This document shows positions 38,910 to 47,554 of a stretch of DNA of 64,000 bases, in pieces. Source of the stretch: a virus; IMG/VR virus record IMGVR_UViG_3300027026_000014, positions 1,586-65,585 of that record. One strand, written 5' to 3'. Position numbers and translations under genes: made by a program. The notes below the pieces were generated by a model that ran no database searches, was not told the origin of the DNA, and saw only the letters and a program-made list of their open reading frames with translations. Numbering within the stretch: position 1 is the stretch's first letter; each line of letters begins with the position of its first letter.

Positions 38910-39480
38910 CCGGACCCAGGCCCTCTGCCCCCGGCAGAGGGCCTTTTTTCGTTCCCATGGCATTTTGGCCAAAATACCCGGTTCGAGGACCGGGGTTCGT
39001 GGCCAGAATACCCATCCCCGCAAGCCTTTGGCCAAAATACCCCGGCCTAAGGCCCAATACAGGTTTTTCGGGCCCTTTTTGGGTGTTTTTTAACCATTTG
39101 TGGGACATCAACGGGACATATGGGACGTTTGTGGCGCCAAAATCATTGGTTGCAGGTTCTGGGTTCGGGGTTCTGGTGTGCCACAACCACGGCATTCTGG
39201 CCAACCACCCGACCGCGTGGCCAAAATGCCTATGATCTTGGGACATATGGGACATCAGCAGGACATCAGAAATGCGGTTGATGTCCCGCCCGGAGGCAGC
39301 GCCGTTGGTGGGTTTGAGGCCCTATGGGACATATGGGACATTTGAAAGTTGGATTCACCCCAGATTTTGAAAAATGCTCTCACCAAATTTCATTTCCCAT
39401 AGTAATAGCAACCGCAAATAAACGTCCCATATGTCCCATAGCCCTCAACCCCCCTCCTCGCTCACGCTGAAATAGGTCAT
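38910..39480. repeat. non-coding repeat block: 3-4 copies of TTGGCCAAAATACCC-like and 4 copies of GGGACATATGGGACA (last inverted)
   Basis: Repeats at ~38953, 38998, 39026, 39203 (TGGCCAAAAT) and ~39101-39130, 39238-39262, 39323-39345, 39421-39445 (GGGACATATGGGAC); track ORFs here are likely spurious. Confidence 0.6.
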
Positions 39481-39483
39481 TAC

Positions 39484-39732
39484 ATGCGCACTCTTATCCG
39501 AATTTCCGCCACCATCGCCCTCGCCTGCCTTGCCATTGTGGCCACCGGTCGGACCCCGGTCCCAGAACCCGAACCCAGGCCCCAATCCTCAGCCTGTAAC
39601 CTCGAACCCCGGATCTCAGACCTCGAATCGCGAACCGAGAAACTGGAAGGCTGGATCGAGGCTCTGCGCTTCAACGACCAGGTCATGCACCAAGATATCG
39701 AAGCGCTTACCGGGTATTCACATCGCCATTAG
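39484..39732 (+). CDS. small secreted/membrane protein (82 aa) with signal peptide
   Basis: N-terminal hydrophobic h-region ISATIALACLAIVATG. Confidence 0.4.
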   Translation: MRTLIRISATIALACLAIVATGRTPVPEPEPRPQSSACNLEPRISDLESRTEKLEGWIEALRFNDQVMHQDIEALTGYSHRH

Positions 39733-39742
39733 TCAACGCTAA

Positions 39743-39762
39743 TATATACTCATTGCATATAT
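39743..39762 (+). promoter_or_regulatory. palindromic operator/promoter motif copy 5 (TATATACTCATTGCATATAT)
   Basis: Upstream of gene at 39879. Confidence 0.5.
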
Positions 39763-39878
39763 CTGGAGAGAAAAACTTAACCCCGAGCCCTGGTCCTAGG
39801 ACCGAGGTTCCCGCACCCTCAAACCAAAATGGGAGAGGGTTTTTATCAGTGTCATCAACACATAAGGAGAAATGACAC

Positions 39879-40217
39879 ATGACTCACGTAATCATTCTGA
39901 CTGCTGTTGAAACTCCGATTCTCGAGTGTGAAATCACTGGTCAGGAAACCCCACTAACCATTGAGGAGTACAACAAAGTCAGTCATGAACTGACGGTGAT
40001 GCAACAGCGCTACCAGCACCTGCAACGCGCGCATGAGGAAGCGATGGAGCAGCATGAGAATGCCTACAAAGCACTGCGGGAAAAGCACGAAGACCTCAAG
40101 CACCAGTTGGAAGCCGTGAAGACCTTATTTGTCCTGCAAGGCCATGTCCTCGAACAGCGCGAGAACCTGATAAAGGTGCTCAAGCAACAACTCACCCTCG
40201 CCAAAGAAGCGGCCTAA
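39879..40217 (+). CDS. small coiled-coil early protein (112 aa)
   Basis: AAGGAGA RBS inside inverted repeat GTGTCAT...ATGACAC. Confidence 0.5.
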   Translation: MTHVIILTAVETPILECEITGQETPLTIEEYNKVSHELTVMQQRYQHLQRAHEEAMEQHENAYKALREKHEDLKHQLEAVKTLFVLQGHVLEQRENLIKVLKQQLTLAKEAA

Positions 40218-40226
40218 GTGCCGCGC

Positions 40227-40253
40227 CCCTCTCCGCAATGGAGAGGGTTTTTT
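40227..40253 (+). terminator. rho-independent terminator CCCTCTCC-GCAAT-GGAGAGGG + T6
   Basis: Sequence. Confidence 0.6.
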
Positions 40254-40282
40254 GCCATGTCATTAACCACAGGAGATATGAC

Positions 40283-40552
40283 ATGGCTTTGCAAACTGAA
40301 ATCGACTTCCATCCGCAGAATGCGCCCCGTGAAGAACCGCACCTCGACAACTACTACCACAGCATCCAGCGCGCCCATGCACGCAGCACACCGGAAAAAA
40401 CCATGGCCCGCACCGATCAGGCGATCTGGGATATGTGGCAGGGACGCCGAGCACTACCGGCAGGTTACGAGGACTTGATCTGGGAGCAAAACTTCCGCGA
40501 GTTCAAACGTCAGGCGATCGCCCGCATGTTCGCGCGCGGCGACGAATTTTGA
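40283..40552 (+). CDS. small early protein (89 aa)
   Basis: AGGAGA RBS enclosed by 8-bp inverted repeat CATGTCAT...ATGACATG. Confidence 0.5.
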   Translation: MALQTEIDFHPQNAPREEPHLDNYYHSIQRAHARSTPEKTMARTDQAIWDMWQGRRALPAGYEDLIWEQNFREFKRQAIARMFARGDEF

Positions 40553-40562
40553 CCACGACAGC

Positions 40563-40587
40563 CCTCTCCCCCGCGGAGAGGGTTTTC
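40563..40587 (+). terminator. rho-independent terminator CCCTCTCC-CCCGC-GGAGAGGG + T4
   Basis: Sequence. Confidence 0.55.
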
Positions 40588-40640
40588 GCCACGTGAGGCA
40601 ATTCCGCCTTATATCCAAACATTTTTCGAGGACCGAAACC

Positions 40641-41348
40641 ATGGAAGCACTGAACGATTTCATCATTTTCACCGCCGAACGCGCAATCCAAACCCTGAAA
40701 GAACGTGCCGTCGTTGGTAGCCGCGCTGCCCAGGCCAACCCCAACGTCGAGCGCACCGAAGCCGTCCGCCTCGCTGCAATCAAATTCCTGCGCGGGCTGG
40801 TCGACAACGTACCCACCGAGCACGTGTTCGAAGCGCTCAAGAGCGAGATCCCCGTTCTTGACCCCAACACCGCCATGCGCGTCATGAATTCGCTGGTCGG
40901 CGAAGGCGCCAAGGCTGCATACGGCCGCTATCGCTTCGAACAGCAGCTGGAAGCCGAGAAAGCCCGCATGGGTATCGACGACGAACGGGGCGAACAGATG
41001 CGCACCCAGGCCTTCGGCGAGTACGCCGGCAGCGTCGAGAACCCGATCCCGGCACAGGTGCTGATCGAGTGCACCGAAATGCTCCATGCGCACCTGCACG
41101 GACTTTACGCTGCTGCCGAGCGCGAGCGCTTCGGTCGACCGACCATGTTCAACCAGCACCTGTATCGCGGGCTGATGGTTGGCTACGTCGTTAACCCCGA
41201 GAACAACCAGTTCGTTGGAGCCGAAACCATCGACGAGTACATCGCCCAGCGCGACCGTGCCGCCGACCTTCAGCGCGAGGCCGAGATCCGCGCCGCCCAG
41301 GAGCGCTCCAACGCCGTCGATTTCACCAAGTACAGCAAGTCAGCTTGA
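40641..41348 (+). CDS. hypothetical early protein (235 aa)
   Basis: ORF with GAGGA RBS. Confidence 0.5.
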   Translation: MEALNDFIIFTAERAIQTLKERAVVGSRAAQANPNVERTEAVRLAAIKFLRGLVDNVPTEHVFEALKSEIPVLDPNTAMRVMNSLVGEGAKAAYGRYRFEQQLEAEKARMGIDDERGEQMRTQAFGEYAGSVENPIPAQVLIECTEMLHAHLHGLYAAAERERFGRPTMFNQHLYRGLMVGYVVNPENNQFVGAETIDEYIAQRDRAADLQREAEIRAAQERSNAVDFTKYSKSA

Positions 41349-41355
41349 TCGTTCT

Positions 41356-41379
41356 GCCCCTCGCAAGAGGGGCTTTTTT
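41356..41379 (+). terminator. rho-independent terminator GCCCCTC-GCAA-GAGGGGC + T6
   Basis: Sequence. Confidence 0.6.
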
Positions 41380-41506
41380 CGTTTTCACCCGCGAGGGTGC
41401 CAGGCCGAACCCGGCACCCCGATCCCAGGACCTCGCACCAGTGCCAGCAACGCCCGGTGGGGGTCCGTGGGCCCGAATAAACCCAACCACAGGATGAGCC
41501 AAGACC

Positions 41507-41788
41507 ATGAAATACATCACTCTCTTGATCGTTGCACTGGCGCTCGCCGCCTGTAGCAGTACCCGCGTCGAACATCAGAGCGACACCGTCTATTACGCCG
41601 AAACCATGAGTTTTCTCGGCGTCCACCGTGCCGCCTCATTGAACTCGCCATGGGATGCCGAGCGTAAGGCACAACGGATGTGCCGCCATGCACTGCGCAT
41701 CACGCAACACCCCGGCGGTGACGAAGAAACCTGCGAAGTGATCCTGAGCAGTTGGAGCGTACCGCGCACGCCCGGTGGGGGCATCTGA
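41507..41788 (+). CDS. small lipoprotein (93 aa)
   Basis: Lipobox LAAC after signal peptide MKYITLLIVALA. Confidence 0.55.
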   Translation: MKYITLLIVALALAACSSTRVEHQSDTVYYAETMSFLGVHRAASLNSPWDAERKAQRMCRHALRITQHPGGDEETCEVILSSWSVPRTPGGGI

Positions 41789-41901
41789 CCCCACCAAACA
41801 CTCAACCGACTAGGAGATCGAAGTCGTGAAAAGACATCATCTGCTGATACTGGCCTTCACCGTCGCCGTCGTCGGCCACGCGTTCTGCTGTTGAGGTAGC
41901 T

Positions 41902-42153
41902 ATGCCGAAGAAAATGATTCAGCAGGACGGTGAAATCGAGATCGAAGTACTCGAACACATCATCCTGCGCAACTTCTGGGAATACTACGTCTACGAGGAA
42001 CCCGACGAGAATGGCATTACCTACGCGCTGGTGGTAGGGGCCGACATCGAAATGGGCGCTGTCTCGCTTTACGAGATTCGCCCCTACATCATCACCCGCA
42101 CCACTGACCTCGACGAGGTGATGCCTGCCCCCGGTTGGCGCTGGGACGAATAG
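41902..42153 (+). CDS. hypothetical protein (83 aa)
   Basis: ORF. Confidence 0.4.
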   Translation: MPKKMIQQDGEIEIEVLEHIILRNFWEYYVYEEPDENGITYALVVGADIEMGAVSLYEIRPYIITRTTDLDEVMPAPGWRWDE

Positions 42154-42167
42154 GGTCTGGCGCGCAA

Positions 42168-42186
42168 TATATACATTGCATATACT
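42168..42186 (+). promoter_or_regulatory. palindromic operator/promoter motif copy 6 (ATATATACATTGCATATAC)
   Basis: 30 bp upstream of SPFH gene. Confidence 0.55.
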
Positions 42187-42216
42187 CCACCAAGAACCAC
42201 AACACGAGGACATCGC

Positions 42217-43077
42217 GTGAATTTCACTCCAAAACAAATCGGCTTCGGCTTGCTGGGATTCTTTATCTTTTGCGTCATTATGGGCGGCTGGTACACGGTA
42301 CCAGAAGGCCACGTCGGTATTGTGAAGCGCTTTAGCCAGGCGCAGTACCAGGTTGACCCCGGCCTGCACTTCAAAATTCCGTTTATCGAAAGCGTAGAAG
42401 AAATCGAAGTGCGTACCCGCAAGAATGAGGAGCAGATGCCCTCCTCTACGGCCGAGCAGATGCCGCTGAATGTCCATGTCAGCGTCAACTGGACCGTACA
42501 GAAAGATGCGGCGTTCGAGCTGTTCAAAAAGTATGGCGGCCTGGCCCAGTTCGAGAGCCGGGTCCTCGATCCCCGATTCCGCTCCGCGACCAAGGCAGCC
42601 CTGCCTAAATTCGAAGCAGTGCAGCTCATTCAGGATCGCAATACAGCCATCAACCTGATTGAGTCCAACCTGCTCGGGGAGCTGGAAGGCTTCCCGGTAA
42701 CCATCGACAACGTGCAGATCGAGAACATTGTTCTGCCCCCGAAATATGTGCAGTCGATCGAAACCAAGCAAACCGAAAAGAACCTGGCGGATGCCGAAAA
42801 ACACAAACTGGAACGCCAGCGCCTCGAAGCCCTGCGTGAGGTAAATACCGCAGACGCAAAAGCCCAGGGCATCCTGAAAATCGCCAAGGCGGAAGCTGAA
42901 GGCATCGCCATGAAAGGTGAGGCGGAAGCCAAAGCCATCGCCGCCAAAGGCACAGCCCTGCGCAACAACCCGCTACTGGTCGAACTGACCCAGGCCGAAA
43001 GCTGGGATGGCAAGTTGCCACAGACCGTACTGGGCAACGGCGCCATGCCGATCATGGACCTACGTGCAAGCCGGTAA
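42217..43077 (+). CDS. SPFH/band-7 (prohibitin/HflC-like) membrane protein
   Basis: N-terminal TM then GWYTVPEGHVGIVKRFSQ...DPGLHFKIPFIESVEEIEVR typical SPFH domain, coiled-coil C-terminus. Confidence 0.75.
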   Translation: MNFTPKQIGFGLLGFFIFCVIMGGWYTVPEGHVGIVKRFSQAQYQVDPGLHFKIPFIESVEEIEVRTRKNEEQMPSSTAEQMPLNVHVSVNWTVQKDAAFELFKKYGGLAQFESRVLDPRFRSATKAALPKFEAVQLIQDRNTAINLIESNLLGELEGFPVTIDNVQIENIVLPPKYVQSIETKQTEKNLADAEKHKLERQRLEALREVNTADAKAQGILKIAKAEAEGIAMKGEAEAKAIAAKGTALRNNPLLVELTQAESWDGKLPQTVLGNGAMPIMDLRASR

Positions 43078-43083
43078 CAATGC

Positions 43084-43260
43084 TCACCGCGAGTACAGCG
43101 CGGCTGGGAACGGCCTACCCCGCCGAACCCAGTTCCTTCACCCTTGGCCCGAGGGTCTGTACAGGGCGTTTCTCCTCCGTGAGTACAGCACGGCCGCGCA
43201 GGTCCGTTCACTCCTTGCGCGGGTAGGTTGATCCCTTGGCCCGAGGGTCTGTGCGAGGGC
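43084..43260. repeat. two ~80-bp imperfect direct repeat units each ending CCCTTGGCCCGAGGGTCTGT(A/G)C
   Basis: 43140-43166 and 43233-43259 nearly identical; GAGTACAGC(G/A)CGGC also duplicated. Confidence 0.5.
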
Positions 43261-43470
43261 ATCACTTCATCTGAAAGCTGCCTTGGCGGGGCTGCACCCC
43301 CGCTTCCGTGCAGGGACGCCCGGCAAGTCCAGTCCGGGCGAAGGCGGCTTCCAGATGCAGTGACTTGTGCTGCGTACTCGCGGTGCGAAAGCTAGGTCGG
43401 GAGAGCCCGGCAATTCCCGGGAGATTAGCCCCTGGGCACTGCATTCCATACATAACGAGAGGAAACGATC

Positions 43471-43791
43471 ATGCCGCTTTTCTGGACGCTTGTGTTTATG
43501 TACCTGGCCATCGGGATTCTTTTCCATTTTGAAACCCGACGTCGGCTTATCCGCCGAAATCAATACACCACTAACCCTAACCAGCGCGCCGCCGAAGTTA
43601 TCCTCGTTTTCCTGTGGCCCATTCTTCTCCACGCACTGATCTCCGGCACGATTCTCCGGTATCGCGCCCGCCGCGAACAAAAACGCATTCTCCGAAAAAT
43701 ACAGCGAGAACTAGGGGCCACCGTAGCGCGCATCCGACAGGAAGCAAAGAGCAATGAGACCGCTCGACAAAGTGAGGAGGAACCCGCATGA
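43471..43791 (+). CDS. small membrane protein (106 aa)
   Basis: GAGAGGAAA RBS; two TM helices. Confidence 0.5.
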   Translation: MPLFWTLVFMYLAIGILFHFETRRRLIRRNQYTTNPNQRAAEVILVFLWPILLHALISGTILRYRARREQKRILRKIQRELGATVARIRQEAKSNETARQSEEEPA

Positions 43792-43997
43792 GTCGTCTGA
43801 TTCTGATCTACGCCGCCATGGTTATGCTCATCTTCGCGTTGATCGCGGGGTTTATGGCTGGCCATGCCGCCAGCGAGTTCGGACACAAACGCCATATCCA
43901 CCTGGATACCCAGCGCTGGGTCTGCGGCGTAACTCGTAATACCAACGATCAGAGCAACTGTCTTTACTACAAGCCCTATCGCCAATCTAAGTCTTGA
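43788..43997 (+). CDS. small membrane protein (69 aa)
   Basis: ATGA overlap; TM helix LILIYAAMVMLIFALIAGFMAG. Confidence 0.45.
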   Translation: MSRLILIYAAMVMLIFALIAGFMAGHAASEFGHKRHIHLDTQRWVCGVTRNTNDQSNCLYYKPYRQSKS

Positions 43998-44004
43998 CGC
44001 TAAA

Positions 44005-44023
44005 TATATACATTGCATATATT
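44005..44023 (+). promoter_or_regulatory. palindromic operator/promoter motif copy 7 inside TTGACG-N17-ATATAT/TATATT promoter; extended 31-bp palindrome CGCTAAATATATACATTGCATATATTTAGCG
   Basis: -35 TTGACG at 43995-44000. Confidence 0.65.
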
Positions 44024-44054
44024 TAGCGCTCACCGCTTTTGAGGATCAAAGCAC

Positions 44055-45320
44055 ATGAATCTAACCCGCCCTGGCATACTGCACCTGCGTATAGTTCGCA
44101 ATGCCGCAGGTACCGATGCAGACCGTCAATATTTGCGACAGGTCTTCAATGCCACCCCGGAAGTAACCCAAATAATAAACGTCGCCAGCGAAGACCTCCC
44201 GGAGTTCTTCCGTGTTGACGGGTGGTCACACTACGTTGGATTTTCTTATTGTGGCGGAAATTCCTGGTCTCGATATCTACCGGAACCGACCCGGCTGCAA
44301 GATTTCCTGAAATGGCTACTCCCCCTGGTCCAGGTCGAGCCTGGTCAGGTTCTCGGTTATTACTGGGAAGATGACACCCCTGCCCCGGTGATCCTCCGTG
44401 CACGTGAGGCCGTCGAACTCCCCCAGCATGTACCCGGTGCCAACCCGCCGATTCCGGATATGGCTGTTATTGACGATATCCCCTCACTCACCCAGCCAAA
44501 CCGGGTCGACGTTGCAGGCGATAACGGCTGGGGCATGCTGTTCCCCGGCATCTACACCGAACGTAGCGACCTCAACGACGAAGATTGGCGCAGGGTCTGC
44601 GAGTACTACTATCAATCCCCCTACGGAGACATTACCAACCTGCGCGGATTCGAGGATTTCAATTACATCTACGTCTCGCAGATCAATGAGAAGGTCGACC
44701 AAGCCAACGCAGTCAACAACGAAATGGATATGAGCCGTGTCCCGCTGACCGGCGAACATATCCTGGAAGTTCTGCGCCACACCCAGGCTGCAGCAAGCTA
44801 CCTGACCCTGCGCCCCGGCGACTACGTAGATGCGCGCTATCTCGAGGCCGATGTTTACGAAAAAGTGGCACAGCGATTCGCCCTTGCGAGCCAGCCCGGA
44901 TCGGCTGCCGGCACCAATTGTGATGCCGACCTTAGTGTCCTGTACCTGGATCAAAATGGCATTTATCAGCGTGCCGTTACAGTCCCTACCGGCGAACTGC
45001 GCGAACTGGTTGCCGCAGAGGTACTACAAGCACGAGTACCACTGCGCAAAGGCGACTGGATCGTGACCGAACACCTGCCCCAGGCCGTACAAGTCGCGAT
45101 CTCAACTGTGTTCGAAACTGCGGGGTGCCCTTACGTCGGTTCCCGAACCGAGGGCGGCCCCTGCAACCCGGGCTACAAAGCGCTCTACTGGGATGCCAAC
45201 GACAAACAGTCCTGGACCGCCACTGAGGACGCGCCAGTATTGGCCGGTCGCCAGCTAACCCCAGACCTCGTTCTCGGGGGTTGGTACTCAGTCAGTGATT
45301 GCGAGACTGCCGCTGCTTAA
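44055..45320 (+). CDS. hypothetical protein (421 aa), first gene of Ubl/E1/JAB-containing block
   Basis: GAGGA RBS; no recognisable motif. Confidence 0.55.
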   Translation: MNLTRPGILHLRIVRNAAGTDADRQYLRQVFNATPEVTQIINVASEDLPEFFRVDGWSHYVGFSYCGGNSWSRYLPEPTRLQDFLKWLLPLVQVEPGQVLGYYWEDDTPAPVILRAREAVELPQHVPGANPPIPDMAVIDDIPSLTQPNRVDVAGDNGWGMLFPGIYTERSDLNDEDWRRVCEYYYQSPYGDITNLRGFEDFNYIYVSQINEKVDQANAVNNEMDMSRVPLTGEHILEVLRHTQAAASYLTLRPGDYVDARYLEADVYEKVAQRFALASQPGSAAGTNCDADLSVLYLDQNGIYQRAVTVPTGELRELVAAEVLQARVPLRKGDWIVTEHLPQAVQVAISTVFETAGCPYVGSRTEGGPCNPGYKALYWDANDKQSWTATEDAPVLAGRQLTPDLVLGGWYSVSDCETAAA

Positions 45321-45330
45321 TCGGCCCCAC

Positions 45331-45350
45331 TATATACGCAATGCGAATAC
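45331..45350 (+). promoter_or_regulatory. palindromic operator/promoter motif copy 8 (TATATACGCAATGCGAATAC)
   Basis: Between 421-aa gene and Ubl gene. Confidence 0.45.
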
Positions 45351-45423
45351 ACACCGGAGACCGCTGGCCACGGTCCCCGGGTATCAAACCTAAGGCCAAA
45401 GATCACAACAGAGGATTACATCC

Positions 45424-45636
45424 ATGATCGACGTAAAAGTAGTGAAAGTACCTGGCGCCCAAGTTGAAGTAGCACTGGAAGACGGCGCCACCGTTCGTGA
45501 AGCCCTCGAGTACGCCGGCAAGACCGTCGACGAAGGCCAGACCGTACAGGTGAACGGCACCCAGGCCGACCTGGACACCCCGCTGACCGATGGCGCCCGC
45601 GTGGTAATTGCGAAAGGCGCCAAGGGTAACCGCTAA
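45424..45636 (+). CDS. ThiS/MoaD-family ubiquitin-like beta-grasp protein with C-terminal extension (…VVIAKGAKGNR)
   Basis: VQVNG....LDTPLTDGARVVI matches ThiS/MoaD signature (V.VNG....L.DGD.V.I) but lacks terminal GG. Confidence 0.7.
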   Translation: MIDVKVVKVPGAQVEVALEDGATVREALEYAGKTVDEGQTVQVNGTQADLDTPLTDGARVVIAKGAKGNR

Positions 45637-45667
45637 CCCTACCGGCCAGGGCCGCTGCTACCGGCCC

Positions 45668-45759
45668 CCAATACTCGCTCCGTGCGGGTATTGGAAACCC
45701 CCCAAAACCTGAGCCCGAGTTGGCGACCGGGAATTCGCCCTCAGCGGCGGGGGGTTTCC
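45668..45759 (+). promoter_or_regulatory. structured intergenic element between Ubl and E1 genes: 7-bp hairpin CCAATAC/GTATTGG nested next to perfect 11-bp inverted repeat GGAAACCCCCC ... GGGGGGTTTCC (44-nt loop)
   Basis: Sequence; only long gap in an otherwise overlapping operon. Confidence 0.4.
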
Positions 45760-45788
45760 AATATCCGCACCACAATTGGAAGGAAACC

Positions 45789-46469
45789 ATGTCGATTTCA
45801 TTGATCCGCCACCAGGAGATTTTTAACCCGGTACACCACCAGTTACCGGTCTCCATCATCGGCGCCGGCGCTACCGGCAGCCGTGTCTTCGAAGCCCTGA
45901 TCAAACTGGGCGTCGATGACCTCACCGTCTATGACTTCGACACGGTTGAGCCCCACAACCTGGCCAACCAGCTCTACGGTCAGCATCACGTCGGTATCCC
46001 GAAAGTACAGGCACTGGCCGAGTGGTACACCAGCTACATCGAGGAGCAGATCCCAGACAGCATCCGGTTCATCAACCGCCGTGTGCCTGATGCTCAGGCA
46101 CCACTCAAAGGCGTAGTGTTCCTGCTCACCGACACCATGGAAAGCCGCCGCGAGATTTTCAATGCCGAACTGGATATGAACCCGGAGATCATGTACGTCA
46201 TCGAAACCCGCATGGCGTCCAGCTACGGCAACATCCTGAGTTTCAACCCCAACAACCCCCTCGAAGGCGAGCGCTGGCTTGCCACCCTGATCGACGATGA
46301 CGAAGCCGAAGTCAGCGCCTGCGGCGCCTCCATTTCGGTGGGGCCCACCGCCAGTGTCATCGCCAACTGGGCGGTATGGCAGTACATCCTGCTCTGCCGC
46401 GGCGAACCCCTCGACGCCCGCTTGAACCTCAACCTGCAAGTCGCCGTTCTCGGCGCGGAGAAACTGTGA
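45789..46469 (+). CDS. E1-like (ThiF/MoeB-family) adenylyltransferase
   Basis: IIGAGATGSRVFEALIKLGVDDLTVYDFDTVEPHNLANQ = nucleotide-binding GxGxxG plus D.D.VE.SNL.RQ motif of E1/ThiF/MoeB; GGAAGGAAA RBS. Confidence 0.8.
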   Translation: MSISLIRHQEIFNPVHHQLPVSIIGAGATGSRVFEALIKLGVDDLTVYDFDTVEPHNLANQLYGQHHVGIPKVQALAEWYTSYIEEQIPDSIRFINRRVPDAQAPLKGVVFLLTDTMESRREIFNAELDMNPEIMYVIETRMASSYGNILSFNPNNPLEGERWLATLIDDDEAEVSACGASISVGPTASVIANWAVWQYILLCRGEPLDARLNLNLQVAVLGAEKL

Positions 46470-47539
46470 TGACCGCTCTGACCAAATTGCCGGCAAAGAC
46501 ATCGGCCAAAAAACCGACCAACAAAACACCGGCCAAACCAAAACGCCAGTTCAAGTACCCAGTGAAGTCCAGCGATACTCTGCGCAAATCCACACCGCTG
46601 GTAGTACCTGCACCGCCGACGGCGCCGACCGTGTTCTACACACCACGCGCCTGGGAAATCATCCGTTTTCTGATCGATTACAACGAGGAAGAAGTCGGTT
46701 GGCTGGGCACCGTTGACCAGCTGGACGATGGCAATCTGTTGATCGATGAGATATTTGTCCCCAAGCAACGCGTGCACGGCACCGAGACCGAAATCGACAC
46801 CGACGACTACCACCGCCTGTGCAACGAGTTGCTGGACACCGACCGTTACGCTGACAGCAAGGGGCGCCCGCGCCTCATCTACTGGGGCCACTCCCACGTG
46901 GACATGGGGGTCTCCCCCTCCGCACAAGATGAAGAACAGGTGGCCGAGTACCTGGAAGAAGTTCCCCTTTTCATCCGTGGCATTTACAACAAAAAAGGGG
47001 CCTCTAAAGTCGATGTGTACGACGTTAACGCCAACCTGATCCATCAATGTGTGGATGAGCGCATCCAGCACAATGCCCTGAGCCCGGAGGACCGCGCCGA
47101 ACTCAAGGCACTGGTCGATCGCAACGTGCTGCCCGCCCGCGACAACTGGTCAGATCTGCGCAACTGGAACGACCAGTGGCAAGGCTACAGAAGCCTCTTT
47201 GACGAGGATGATGATTTCCTCCCGGGCAATGGCAGTCAGACCATTCGCGACTGCTTCGCTGTCGGATACCCACCGGCCTACGTAGTCAATTACACCCCGG
47301 CCATCAGCGCGTTCGACGAAGAACGCCTGCGCGAAGAATTGGAAGGTCTCGGCGTAGCCCCGGATGTAGAGGAATGGAGTCTCTATACCGCCGACCCGGA
47401 AGACCCGCGTCTTACTGATCTGAGCGACCTGGAAATCATTTACTACGGCACCGTGCTCGGCGATGACTGGCTCGACGCCATTATGCCGTGGCACCAGCGC
47501 GAGGAAGCAGACAACGACGCCCCCAAACTTGCGAGCTAA
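46469..47539 (+). CDS. JAB/JAMM (MPN+) metallopeptidase domain protein with ~170-aa C-terminal extension
   Basis: E(EEVGWLG)...WGHSHVDMGVSPSAQD = E...HxH...S..D JAMM zinc motif; start overlaps E1 stop (TGATG). Confidence 0.75.
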   Translation: MTALTKLPAKTSAKKPTNKTPAKPKRQFKYPVKSSDTLRKSTPLVVPAPPTAPTVFYTPRAWEIIRFLIDYNEEEVGWLGTVDQLDDGNLLIDEIFVPKQRVHGTETEIDTDDYHRLCNELLDTDRYADSKGRPRLIYWGHSHVDMGVSPSAQDEEQVAEYLEEVPLFIRGIYNKKGASKVDVYDVNANLIHQCVDERIQHNALSPEDRAELKALVDRNVLPARDNWSDLRNWNDQWQGYRSLFDEDDDFLPGNGSQTIRDCFAVGYPPAYVVNYTPAISAFDEERLREELEGLGVAPDVEEWSLYTADPEDPRLTDLSDLEIIYYGTVLGDDWLDAIMPWHQREEADNDAPKLAS

Positions 47540-47554
47540 TCGAGGATTCCACCC

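Noticed and set aside
38864-39345. Track ORFs 38864-39235 and 39100-39345 across the repeat block
   Set aside because: They span the TGGCCAAAAT and GGGACATATGGGAC repeat arrays, have no RBS and have repetitive translations; interpreted as non-coding iteron/operator DNA.
38910-39480. Possible CRISPR array
   Set aside because: Repeats are of two different families, irregularly spaced, partly inverted, and much shorter in number than a CRISPR array; no cas genes.
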